Shown here: one piece after another, positions 39,494 to 47,098 of the stretch | Numbering within the stretch: position 1 is the stretch's first letter | How the letters are laid out: the number at the start of each line of letters is the position of its first letter | Assembly: GCA_041662665.1 (NCBI GenBank) | Contig: JBAZSC010000001.1 | Coordinates: 321,511 to 385,510 of the forward strand | DNA length: 64,000 nt | Direction: 5' to 3' | DNA from: Patescibacteria group bacterium | Lineage (GTDB): Bacteria; Patescibacteriota; JABMPQ01; JAQVVF01 | Made by a program: the position numbers and the translations under genes | The notes under the pieces: model-generated | What the model saw: only the letters and a program-made list of their open reading frames with translations | What the model was told of the DNA's origin: nothing | The model's database searches: none

Positions 39494-39542
39494 CGGAAAC
39501 CTCCTGTCAGTGGTGGCACTCACCCCGATTCCAGGGCTTTTC

Positions 39543-39571
39543 ATCATATCACAGCACCCTATTTTTGTCAA
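39543..39571 (-). promoter_or_regulatory. Sigma70-type promoter of module C
   Basis: On the minus strand, TTGACA (39571-39566), a 17-nt spacer, then TATGAT (39548-39543). Confidence 0.6.
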
Positions 39572-39657
39572 TGGCATTTTTGAAGTGGGAAGTGGGATCT
39601 TGGGATATGAGAAATGGGAACCTTAAATAAGCCAAAAAAAGATATTTGTGCGATTAG

Positions 39658-39672
39658 TGGCCTTAAGGCATT
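39658..39672 (+). repeat. Copy 3 of the 15-mer palindromic core TGGCCTTAAGGCATT
   Basis: Identical 15-mer to copy 4, with flanks atatttgtgcgattag / cgtgcgatttg. It lies just 3' of the MYG1 terminator. Confidence 0.75.
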
Positions 39673-39730
39673 CGTGCGATTTGTAAGCATAAAAAAAGAG
39701 GTAAAAACCTCTATCTAAAAGAACGCTTAA

Positions 39731-40708
39731 TTATGCTTTGAGTGCAACCTTCGCTAGTGCAATCGCTCCTTCTCTTGATTTCGCTACTACAATATGCCCA
39801 TCTTTATGGCAGTTATCAGCATCAGCAACTCCAGTCAATTTGACCAAAGTTGAGCCGCGCTGTCCATGCCATGCTTTTGGCAAGTTTTTACGATAGCGTT
39901 TGCCAGTCCCATATCCAGCATTCACAACATGTACCATCCAGCCATTGTTAACGCGATGAACAACAAATTTGATCAGCGGTAATTCTTTAACAACTGATGA
40001 CCAAGGCATCGGATCATTCAATACAACAATTCTTGGATCATCAGATTCAGGTACCGCTTTCAACACCAGCTCTTCAGCTCTGATGACGCCTGCAGCTCTT
40101 GCAATTGTCCTTTTTAGATAGACCTTGGCAAATTCCAAAGCTTCAAAAAAAGCAACATCTGGATCTCGATCATTTTCATCCCAAGCTGGATTATAATTAT
40201 CAATCACATTTGAAATAGTGTGTGCAGAGATATCTTCCACTTTTCCTTGAAAAATCTTGTAGCCATTGTCCTGTGCATCAATTGGAATCACCAGCCACTT
40301 TTCTACAAGCTTAGCTACTTTTTCATTTCCATCACAAATTGCTACTCCAAACTTTTTCCAGACCAATCCAAAAGAAGCATAGGGCAGATGTGCGGTCACT
40401 TTCTTGCCAAACAATTTCCACATCAGCAAGTTGATAATATGCTTGAAAATCCAAGCAAACCGCAAGACTTTGAAAAAGCCTTCACGTATTCCAGCTCCGC
40501 CAAACATGTGATGATCAAAGTCGCCAGTATTTGGATCATTTTCGCCGCCGACATCAACTCGAAAATCAGCCTTTTCGTAAACTTCCTGATCGCGAGTCCG
40601 AAAAATTTGAATGATAAAGAGCAATGCCAATGCTGCACACGCAAACACATCATCAGCATGAAACCTTCCATTATGCGTTGCAACAACCTTATGTTCCTTC
40701 TCAATCAT
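39731..40708 (-). CDS. MYG1/UPF0160 family metal-dependent hydrolase; SD-led cassette gene
   Basis: The N-terminus VATHNGRFHADDVFACAAL is the MYG1 signature. The SD is GAGGAGGaagaggaa. The terminator agaggtttttacctct plus T-run follows. Confidence 0.8.
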   Translation of the reverse strand: MIEKEHKVVATHNGRFHADDVFACAALALLFIIQIFRTRDQEVYEKADFRVDVGGENDPNTGDFDHHMFGGAGIREGFFKVLRFAWIFKHIINLLMWKLFGKKVTAHLPYASFGLVWKKFGVAICDGNEKVAKLVEKWLVIPIDAQDNGYKIFQGKVEDISAHTISNVIDNYNPAWDENDRDPDVAFFEALEFAKVYLKRTIARAAGVIRAEELVLKAVPESDDPRIVVLNDPMPWSSVVKELPLIKFVVHRVNNGWMVHVVNAGYGTGKRYRKNLPKAWHGQRGSTLVKLTGVADADNCHKDGHIVVAKSREGAIALAKVALKA

Positions 40709-40742
40709 TTCCTCTTCCTCCTCTTCGTTTTCGCAGCTAATT

Positions 40743-40771
40743 AAAATATCAGAAAATAACTAAAATGTCAA
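40743..40771 (-). promoter_or_regulatory. Sigma70-type promoter of the MYG1 cassette
   Basis: On the minus strand, TTGACA (40771-40766), a 17-nt spacer, then TATTTT (40748-40743). Confidence 0.55.
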
Positions 40772-40800
40772 CTGAATGTAAAATATATTTGTGTTATTTG

Positions 40801-40815
40801 TGGCCTTAAGGCATT
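40801..40815 (+). repeat. Copy 4 of the 15-mer palindromic core TGGCCTTAAGGCATT
   Basis: tggccttaaggcatt with flanks atatttgtgttatttg / tgtgcatattcg. It lies just 3' of the TPR gene stop/terminator. Confidence 0.75.
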
Positions 40816-40847
40816 TGTGCATATTCGAGAGTATAAAAAATCAGCCG

Positions 40848-42353
40848 TTATTTCGACTGATCAACTCGGTTAAAGGACATTCCAAATGCGACTCTGTAGG
40901 CCGCGTACGCAGGTTCAAGGTACTCTCTTTCATCTGAACAAATATGTTGTTCACAACAAGTCAAGAAATAGTCAGCCTGTTTTTTGTCATGTCTCTTCGG
41001 CATTGTGAAAAAGTAGACAAAAGGCAGATACATTTCTGGCCTGCGTTTGTCATCATCAACCAGCATTTCCAAAGCTTGCAAAGTCCTCAGCATTTCAGAT
41101 AGCTTTGATCTGCCAATTCTTGATTTCTCAAGATAGATGAACAGAAGATTAACAGAAATTGCAGCAATGATTTCAGTATCATCAAAGGCCTTGATTGCTT
41201 CTTTGCATGTTGTTGCAAGAACATCAAGCCTTGTTGCTTTCATTTCTGGATCCGGAAGATGAGCGATTGTATGCCGATGTTCTTTCAGATGTCCAAGAAA
41301 TGCGCGTGTTGCCTGAATTGACTTTTCATCATCAACTCCAGCTTCGCGGCATTTTACCAAGTACTCGATTGCTTTCGCAAAAGTGCTTGGCTTTCTGGCA
41401 TAGAAAAAGACAAAAGCTGCATAGATTCTTGGTGGAACTCTGACACTCAAACCTTCAGCTTTTGCAAGCAGTTCATGCATTTCTTTTGATTTATCATCTC
41501 TGAATTTCTTTGACCATTCCAGATAGACATACAACAATCCTTCTATGGCTTGAATCAAGAAAGTAGGCGAATCTTGTAGATAGCTGATCGCTTCCAAAAA
41601 GAGCATCTCAGCTTCAGCAAGCTTTAGTCTTTGTTCATCAAGATCTTCAATCTCTTTGACAGCTTTGCGTTGATGTTCAGCATAAGCAGAACAAGCAGTT
41701 CCAACAAAGCTCAAGGCCAGAGATCTATTTTCTTTGAACTGAACAAAGAAAATCAATGCATCAGCAAACTTGTCCTTGGCGATCATCACTTCAATGTAAT
41801 CTTTCACCAGATAACCAACTTGTTTATTTTCACCATAATACTTCAGTAAGTGGGCAAGTTGAACTTGCGCTTTTTCAAAATCATCTTGAGCAAGATAGAT
41901 TCTTGCCATCATGCAATTTGCCTGACAAGAGAAGGGATTGATTCTCAAGGCGTCTTCAGCGTATTGCCTTGCATCATCAAATCTCTTTTGCTCGAGGCAA
42001 GTCTTAGCCTGAATCAGATAGAAATCAGTATCTTCATCAGAATCGCTAAACAATGCAGTGAGTTCGCTGATTTTTGCATTTTCGCGATCAGGAAAGAATC
42101 TCATCAAATAGCTTAGCTTTGCCATCGCCTGATCTTTTTGACCAGATTTATGCAAAGCATGAATCTGAAGATTCATTGCCAAACCATTGCAAGGATCTTC
42201 TCCAAGAGCTTTTTCGCAATGAACTAATACACCAGCAAAATCATTCTGTCCTAAACAAGTCGCCGCTTTTGCACAAGAATCAGGTTCAAGTGTTGATGAA
42301 TCACCAAGCAATTCAAGTAAATCACCAAGATTAAGATCTTCTGGCTCAGCCAT
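40848..42353 (-). CDS. TPR-repeat protein; SD-led cassette gene
   Basis: 501 aa with repeated A..Y...AL..(D/N)P helical-pair motifs (FDDARQYAEDALRINP, FEKAQVQLAHLLKYY). The SD is GAGGAGGaagaga. Confidence 0.7.
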   Translation of the reverse strand: MAEPEDLNLGDLLELLGDSSTLEPDSCAKAATCLGQNDFAGVLVHCEKALGEDPCNGLAMNLQIHALHKSGQKDQAMAKLSYLMRFFPDRENAKISELTALFSDSDEDTDFYLIQAKTCLEQKRFDDARQYAEDALRINPFSCQANCMMARIYLAQDDFEKAQVQLAHLLKYYGENKQVGYLVKDYIEVMIAKDKFADALIFFVQFKENRSLALSFVGTACSAYAEHQRKAVKEIEDLDEQRLKLAEAEMLFLEAISYLQDSPTFLIQAIEGLLYVYLEWSKKFRDDKSKEMHELLAKAEGLSVRVPPRIYAAFVFFYARKPSTFAKAIEYLVKCREAGVDDEKSIQATRAFLGHLKEHRHTIAHLPDPEMKATRLDVLATTCKEAIKAFDDTEIIAAISVNLLFIYLEKSRIGRSKLSEMLRTLQALEMLVDDDKRRPEMYLPFVYFFTMPKRHDKKQADYFLTCCEQHICSDEREYLEPAYAAYRVAFGMSFNRVDQSK

Positions 42354-42583
42354 TCTCTTCCTCCTCGTTTTTGCCTTTGACTTTCTGCTTTCTTTCTGTT
42401 ATTCTGAATCTGGAAGTTATCAATTTTATCCGCGTGCAATCCGATAAATCCGCGTTATTCGAAAAGCTGATTTTAACGGATTACATGCGGATAAAACTGA
42501 AAAATTAGTTATTTTGTTAAGAGCAAGAAAAAAAGAGCACTAAACATTATATAATATAATTATTAATTTGTCAATTTAAACGT

Positions 42584-43174
42584 ATGACACAAATAAAAAT
42601 GGAAGACGTCAAAAAATTACGCGAAATGTGTGGAGCTGGTTTTATGGACTGCAAAAAAGCTCTAGATGAAGCAAACGGAAATTATAATGAAGCAGTAAAA
42701 TTATTAAAGAAAAGAGGACAAGAGATCATGGCCAAAAAAGCTGGACGTGAAGCAACAGAAGGAATTATTGATTGCTATGTTCATGCTAATAAAAAAATTG
42801 GTTCAATGGTTGAAATCTTATGCGAAACAGATTTTGTCGCTAGAAATTCTGATTTTCAAGCTATGGCTCATGATATTGCAATTCAAGTTGCAGCTTCTAA
42901 TCCAATTTGTGTTTCACCAAATGATGTTCCAGCAGAAAAGTTAGCTGAATTAAAAAAAGAATGGCAAGAAGAAATCAACAAAATGGGCAAGCCAAAAGAA
43001 ATTGCAGATAAAATTATGGAAGGCAAAATTAAAAAATATTGTGAAGAAAACGCTTTAACAACTCAAGCCTTAGTTAAAGATCCAGAAAAAACTGTTCAAG
43101 AATTGTTGACTGAAACAACTGCAAAGTTGGGAGAAAAACTCGTGATAAAACGATTTGAACGTTTTGAAATATAA
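42584..43174 (+). CDS. tsf: Translation elongation factor Ts
   Basis: VKKLREMCGAGFMDCKKALDEANGNYNEAVKLLKKRG is a UBA-like EF-Ts N-terminus. Confidence 0.9.
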   Translation: MTQIKMEDVKKLREMCGAGFMDCKKALDEANGNYNEAVKLLKKRGQEIMAKKAGREATEGIIDCYVHANKKIGSMVEILCETDFVARNSDFQAMAHDIAIQVAASNPICVSPNDVPAEKLAELKKEWQEEINKMGKPKEIADKIMEGKIKKYCEENALTTQALVKDPEKTVQELLTETTAKLGEKLVIKRFERFEI

Positions 43175-43190
43175 ATTTAAAAATTAATAG

Positions 43191-43270
43191 TGTCATTCTG
43201 AGGCCTAAGCCGAAGAATCCCGTGATTGTTATCTGATTTACGGGATCCTTCACTGCGGTTCAGGATGACA
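43191..43270. repeat. GTCATYCTGAG-family hairpin repeat
   Basis: tgtcattctgaggcctaagccgaagaatcccg ... cgggatccttcactgcggttcaggatgaca. Confidence 0.75.
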
Positions 43271-43304
43271 GTATATTTTTCGTTATTACTTTTAAAACAA
43301 AATT

Positions 43305-44003
43305 ATGTACAACAGAATAATGCTCAAATTATCTGGTGAATTAATGATGGGCAACAAGGATTTTGGTATTGATCAAAAAACAGTTAGTAAATATGCTTCT
43401 CAAATTGTTGAATTAGTAAAAATGGGCAAACAAGTGATTGTTGAAATTGGAGCTGGAAATATTTATCGAGGTAGAGAAGAAAAAGAAATGAAAAGAACAA
43501 TTGCTGATAATTTAGGAATGTTAGGTAGTGTCATGAATGCAATAAATTTGCGAGAAGCTATTGATAAATTTGGCCATCAAGAAGCAAGAGCTTTGTCACA
43601 AATTTACATGCCATTTATTATTCAATATTACACTCCAGGAAAAGCAATTCATTATATGGATGAAAAAAAGATTGTTATTATGGGCGGAGGAACAGGAAAT
43701 CAATTTTTTTCAACTGACACTGGAGCAGTACTTCATGGATTGCAAACAGGATGCGATGTTGTTTTAAAAGCAACAAATGTTGATGGTGTTTATAATTCTG
43801 ATCCAAATGAAAATAAAGATGCAAAAAAATACGATACTCTTTCTTATGATGAAGTTTTGTCTAAAAAATTAGCAGTCATGGATCAAACAGCTTTTGCACT
43901 CGCTCGTGATAATGGATTGACAATCGTTGTTTTTAATGTTACAAAAGAAGGTAACTTGAAGAAAGCAGCAATGGGTGAGAAAATAGGAACGATTGTGAAG
44001 TAA
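43305..44003 (+). CDS. pyrH: UMP kinase
   Basis: IMLKLSGE ... GGGTGNQFFSTDTGAVL ... ATNVDGVYNSDP. Confidence 0.9.
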   Translation: MYNRIMLKLSGELMMGNKDFGIDQKTVSKYASQIVELVKMGKQVIVEIGAGNIYRGREEKEMKRTIADNLGMLGSVMNAINLREAIDKFGHQEARALSQIYMPFIIQYYTPGKAIHYMDEKKIVIMGGGTGNQFFSTDTGAVLHGLQTGCDVVLKATNVDGVYNSDPNENKDAKKYDTLSYDEVLSKKLAVMDQTAFALARDNGLTIVVFNVTKEGNLKKAAMGEKIGTIVK

Positions 44004-44112
44004 ATTAATATAATACGAATCTACAAATGGATGCTAATCTACGAAAATACGAATACGACAATTCGCATATTTGTAGATTAGCATAAAATTCGTAGATTCG
44101 TATTACATATAT

Positions 44113-44904
44113 ATGAAAATAATTGCAGGTATCAAATTTAATGTTTTAGACAAGATCTATAATTTTGACCAAAATAATATTATACTAAATAAGGGTGATA
44201 AGGTCATTGTTGAGACAGAACAAGGTACAGAAATTGGCACCGTTGTTTTTGCTAACAAAAATGTTGATGAAACAAAGCTTGAATTTGCTTTAAAGCCAAT
44301 TTTAAGAAAAGCAACAACAACTGATACTGAAAAGCTTGATAATTATAAGATTAAGCAGGAAGAAGCTTTAAAAGTATGCAAAGAATTAGTTGGCAAACAC
44401 AATTTAGATATGAAAATAGTTGCTGCTAATTATACTTTTGATGGTTCAAAAATAATTTTTTATTTTACTGCTGAAAGCAGAGTTGACTTCAGAGAATTAG
44501 TAAAAGACTTAACAAAAAAATTTCAAAAATCAATTCGCTTGCAACAAGTAGGATCCAGAGATGTTGCTGCAAAATGCGGCGGATGCGGAATGTGCGGTAA
44601 GGAATTATGTTGCACAAAATTCTTAAAAGATTTTGCTAGCATCACAACAGATATGGCACGAGAACAACAAATGGTTCAGCGAGGATCAGATAGAATTTCA
44701 GGTTGTTGCGGAAGATTATTATGTTGTTTAGCATACGAAACAGAATTATATCAAGATTTAGCTAAAGATTTTCCAACAGTTGGCAAAAGAGTTAGAACAA
44801 AACAAGGAGTTGGAACAGTTATTGGCAGAAATCTATTAACCAGAAATTTGGATATATTGCTTGATGATAAGACAAGAATATCAGTTAAGCTCCCGGAGAG
44901 ATAA
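44113..44904 (+). CDS. PSP1-domain protein (YaaT/RicT-like)
   Basis: The length, and the Cys cluster CGGCGMCGKELCC ... CCGRLLCCL near the C-terminus, are typical of the PSP1/RicT family. Confidence 0.7.
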   Translation: MKIIAGIKFNVLDKIYNFDQNNIILNKGDKVIVETEQGTEIGTVVFANKNVDETKLEFALKPILRKATTTDTEKLDNYKIKQEEALKVCKELVGKHNLDMKIVAANYTFDGSKIIFYFTAESRVDFRELVKDLTKKFQKSIRLQQVGSRDVAAKCGGCGMCGKELCCTKFLKDFASITTDMAREQQMVQRGSDRISGCCGRLLCCLAYETELYQDLAKDFPTVGKRVRTKQGVGTVIGRNLLTRNLDILLDDKTRISVKLPER

Positions 44905-45042
44905 TTTCTAATTATAAATTTCTAATTTCTATTAAATTCTTAATGAATTAATTTTCAAACCTAACGGCTAGTATAGACATTAGAAATTAATGCATTATTA
45001 ATTTAATAAAAATTAGAAATTAGAAATTGAAAATTAATAACG

Positions 45043-45678
45043 ATGTTTACATTGCAAACTTTAATTCCCGAAATAATTATTATTCTAGCCCTCGCTGGAA
45101 TTATTATGATTGCTGCAAAAAAATTTCCAGAAGTAGCGAAAATTAAAGTTGAGAATAAAAATAAAGAAAAATCATTATTTCAAAAAGCGGGCAAGTCAAT
45201 AATTGATTTTTCAGTAAGTGTAGCAAAAGCAGTTTTTGCTAGAATCGCTAATCTAAAAAATCTTAAAGATAAAATTAAAAAAGAAGAAAAAAAGGATGTT
45301 GATAATATCAGTAGACCAAGGCAAGAATTAAGAAAATTAATTCTCAATCGTCCAAAATCAAAACCGAAAGTTTTGCCAATTGCAAAAACGGAAACAAAAT
45401 CTCCAATCAGTTTGCGTGCAAAAGCTGAGCTTTTGACTGGAAAAAAAGAATACAAAGAAGCAGAAAAAGTTTATTTAGAATTAATTAAAAAAGATCCAAG
45501 AGATATAGTTGCATATAAAGGTTTAGGAAAAATATATTTTATTCAACAGATTTTAAGCGATGCGCAATCAGCTTATGAGCAAGCCGTAAAATTAAATCCA
45601 GATGATTTGGAATCTCAGACTGAAATTTACAAAATCAGAAATTTAAAAAAGGATTTGTCAATTAGAGGAAGGAAATAA
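45043..45678 (+). CDS. Membrane-anchored TPR protein
   Basis: An N-terminal TM helix and C-terminal TPR motifs (AEKVYLELIKKDP, AQSAYEQAVKLNP). Confidence 0.6.
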   Translation: MFTLQTLIPEIIIILALAGIIMIAAKKFPEVAKIKVENKNKEKSLFQKAGKSIIDFSVSVAKAVFARIANLKNLKDKIKKEEKKDVDNISRPRQELRKLILNRPKSKPKVLPIAKTETKSPISLRAKAELLTGKKEYKEAEKVYLELIKKDPRDIVAYKGLGKIYFIQQILSDAQSAYEQAVKLNPDDLESQTEIYKIRNLKKDLSIRGRK

Positions 45679-45789
45679 AATTTCATTCTGTCATCGCTGG
45701 TTAAATTTGTTGGTGTCAACAAATTTAACCAGCGAAGGATCCCATGATTTATTGCTGATTAATGGAATAATTGCGTAAACTTTTAACGG

Positions 45790-45972
45790 GCCGTTGTAGC
45801 TCAGTCGGCAGACCTGCCCGCCATCGCCCGAGCCATTGTAGCTCAGTTGGTAGAGCAATTCCATGGTAAGGAGTAGGTCACCGGTTCAATTCCGGTCAAT
45901 GGCTCAGGCGAGGGCAGGCGGGGTAATTCCATGGTAAGGAGTAGGTCGGCGGTTCGATTCCGCCCAACGGCT
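45790..45972 (+). tRNA. tRNA-Thr(GGU) interrupted between positions 23 and 24 (D-arm) by a 110-nt insertion
   Basis: The 5' part GCCGTTGTAGCTCAGTCGGCAGA (45790-45812) plus the 3' part GTAATTCCATGGTAAGGAGTAGGTCGGCGGTTCGATTCCGCCCAACGGCT (45923-45972) reconstitute a canonical 73-nt cloverleaf. It has acceptor GCCGTTG/CAACGGC, a D-stem with a G10-U25 wobble, and anticodon loop ATGGTAA. Confidence 0.6.
45832..45904 (+). tRNA. tRNA-Thr(GGU), complete, nested in the insertion of the outer tRNA
   Basis: GCCATTG TA GCTC AGTTGGTA GAGC A ATTCC ATGGTAA GGAGT AGGTC ACCGG TTCAATT CCGGT CAATGGC T: a full cloverleaf with anticodon GGT. Confidence 0.85.
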
Positions 45973-46056
45973 TTGCCCACCGAAGTTTTGCAAAGCAAAA
46001 CGAAGGAGGGCTTTGTCTTGATATTTTTTTAAAAAAAGATTAAAATATTAACAATT

Positions 46057-46139
46057 GGGTAGGTACCAAAGCGGTCAAATGGATCAGGCTGTAAACCTGA
46101 TGCCCTCGGGCTTCGCAGGTTCGAACCCTGCCCTACCCA
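46057..46139 (+). tRNA. tRNA-Tyr(GUA), class II with a long variable arm
   Basis: Acceptor GGGTAGG/CCTACCC, anticodon loop CTGTAAA, variable arm TGCCCTCGGGCTTC, and T-arm GCAGG TTCGAAC CCTGC. Confidence 0.9.
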
Positions 46140-46155
46140 AACGTGAATTTAAATC

Positions 46156-46226
46156 GCCCTCTTAGTTCAGTGGCAGAACAGCAGTTTTGTAAACTGCATA
46201 TGTCAGTTCGATTCTGACAGAGGGCT
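46156..46226 (+). tRNA. tRNA-Thr(UGU)
   Basis: Acceptor GCCCTCT/AGAGGGC, anticodon loop TTTGTAA, and T-arm GTCAG TTCGATT CTGAC. Confidence 0.9.
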
Positions 46227-46336
46227 TTCGAAAATTACAAATGTCAAATTCCAAATTCCAAACAAATTACAAATCACAATATACAAAATCTTTGTAATTT
46301 GTTTGGAATTTGTTATTTGTAATTTTATTTAATCTC

Positions 46337-47089
46337 ATGTCTCTTTTATCACAGGAGCTAATTAAATTAGGTCTATCTGACAAAGAAGCAAAAGTATATT
46401 TGGCTTCATTGGAATTAGGATATGACACAGTTTTAAATATTGCAAAAAAAGCAGGGATCAATCGACCAACTGCTTATTTTATTTTAGAGTCATTACAAAA
46501 AAAGGGGATTGTTACAACTTTTGAAAAAGATAAAAAAACTTATTTTGCATCCGAATCTCCTGACAAGTTAGTTACATTATTAAATCAGCAAAAAGAAGAT
46601 CTTAATCAAAAGCAAAAAGAATTTGAAAATATTTTGCCAGAATTTAAAGCTTTATTTAATTTGCCAACAGAAAAACCAACTGTCAGATTCTTTGAAGGCA
46701 GGCAAGGATTGTTATCAATGCGCGAGGATTTTTTGAAAACTACAGACAAAAAAATTGAGGCAATGTATTGTCTAGATGATCTTAACAAAGTTTTTACTCC
46801 TGAAGAAAATGCAAAGTTTACAGACAGAAGAGCTGAAAAAAATATTGAAACTTTCGCTATATATACTTCAATCAATGGTCCAACAAAAAGACCAAAGGCT
46901 CCAGGTGAAAGACGTTTTATTCCTTTCGATAAATTTCCTGTGACTGCTGATATTACAATATATAATAATAAAGTTGCCATTGCATCTTTGAAAGGAAAGC
47001 TATCAGGAGTAATTATTGAAAATAAAGAAATTGCTAATACAGTACGTTCACTATTTTATTTAGGTTGGGAATCAGCCAAAAAAGTATAA
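46337..47089 (+). CDS. TrmB-family transcriptional regulator
   Basis: The start is moved to MSLLSQELIKLGLSDKEAKVYLASLELGYDTVLNIAKKAGINRPTAYFILESLQKKGIV, which is a TrmB-type winged HTH. Confidence 0.75.
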   Translation: MSLLSQELIKLGLSDKEAKVYLASLELGYDTVLNIAKKAGINRPTAYFILESLQKKGIVTTFEKDKKTYFASESPDKLVTLLNQQKEDLNQKQKEFENILPEFKALFNLPTEKPTVRFFEGRQGLLSMREDFLKTTDKKIEAMYCLDDLNKVFTPEENAKFTDRRAEKNIETFAIYTSINGPTKRPKAPGERRFIPFDKFPVTADITIYNNKVAIASLKGKLSGVIIENKEIANTVRSLFYLGWESAKKV

Positions 47090-47098
47090 GAACATGCT

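Noticed and set aside
26332-40815. The TGGCCTTAAGGCATT sites as integron attC sites, and the cassettes as an integron array.
   Set aside because: There is no intI integrase and no GTTRRRY/RYYYAAC core sites. The cassettes carry their own promoters, are in both orientations, and are dispersed among housekeeping genes rather than arrayed.
45813-45922. The 110-nt insertion in the outer tRNA-Thr as a group I intron.
   Set aside because: It is far too short for a group I core. It is located in the D-arm rather than the anticodon loop. Apart from the paired flanks, its sequence is fully accounted for by a complete tRNA.
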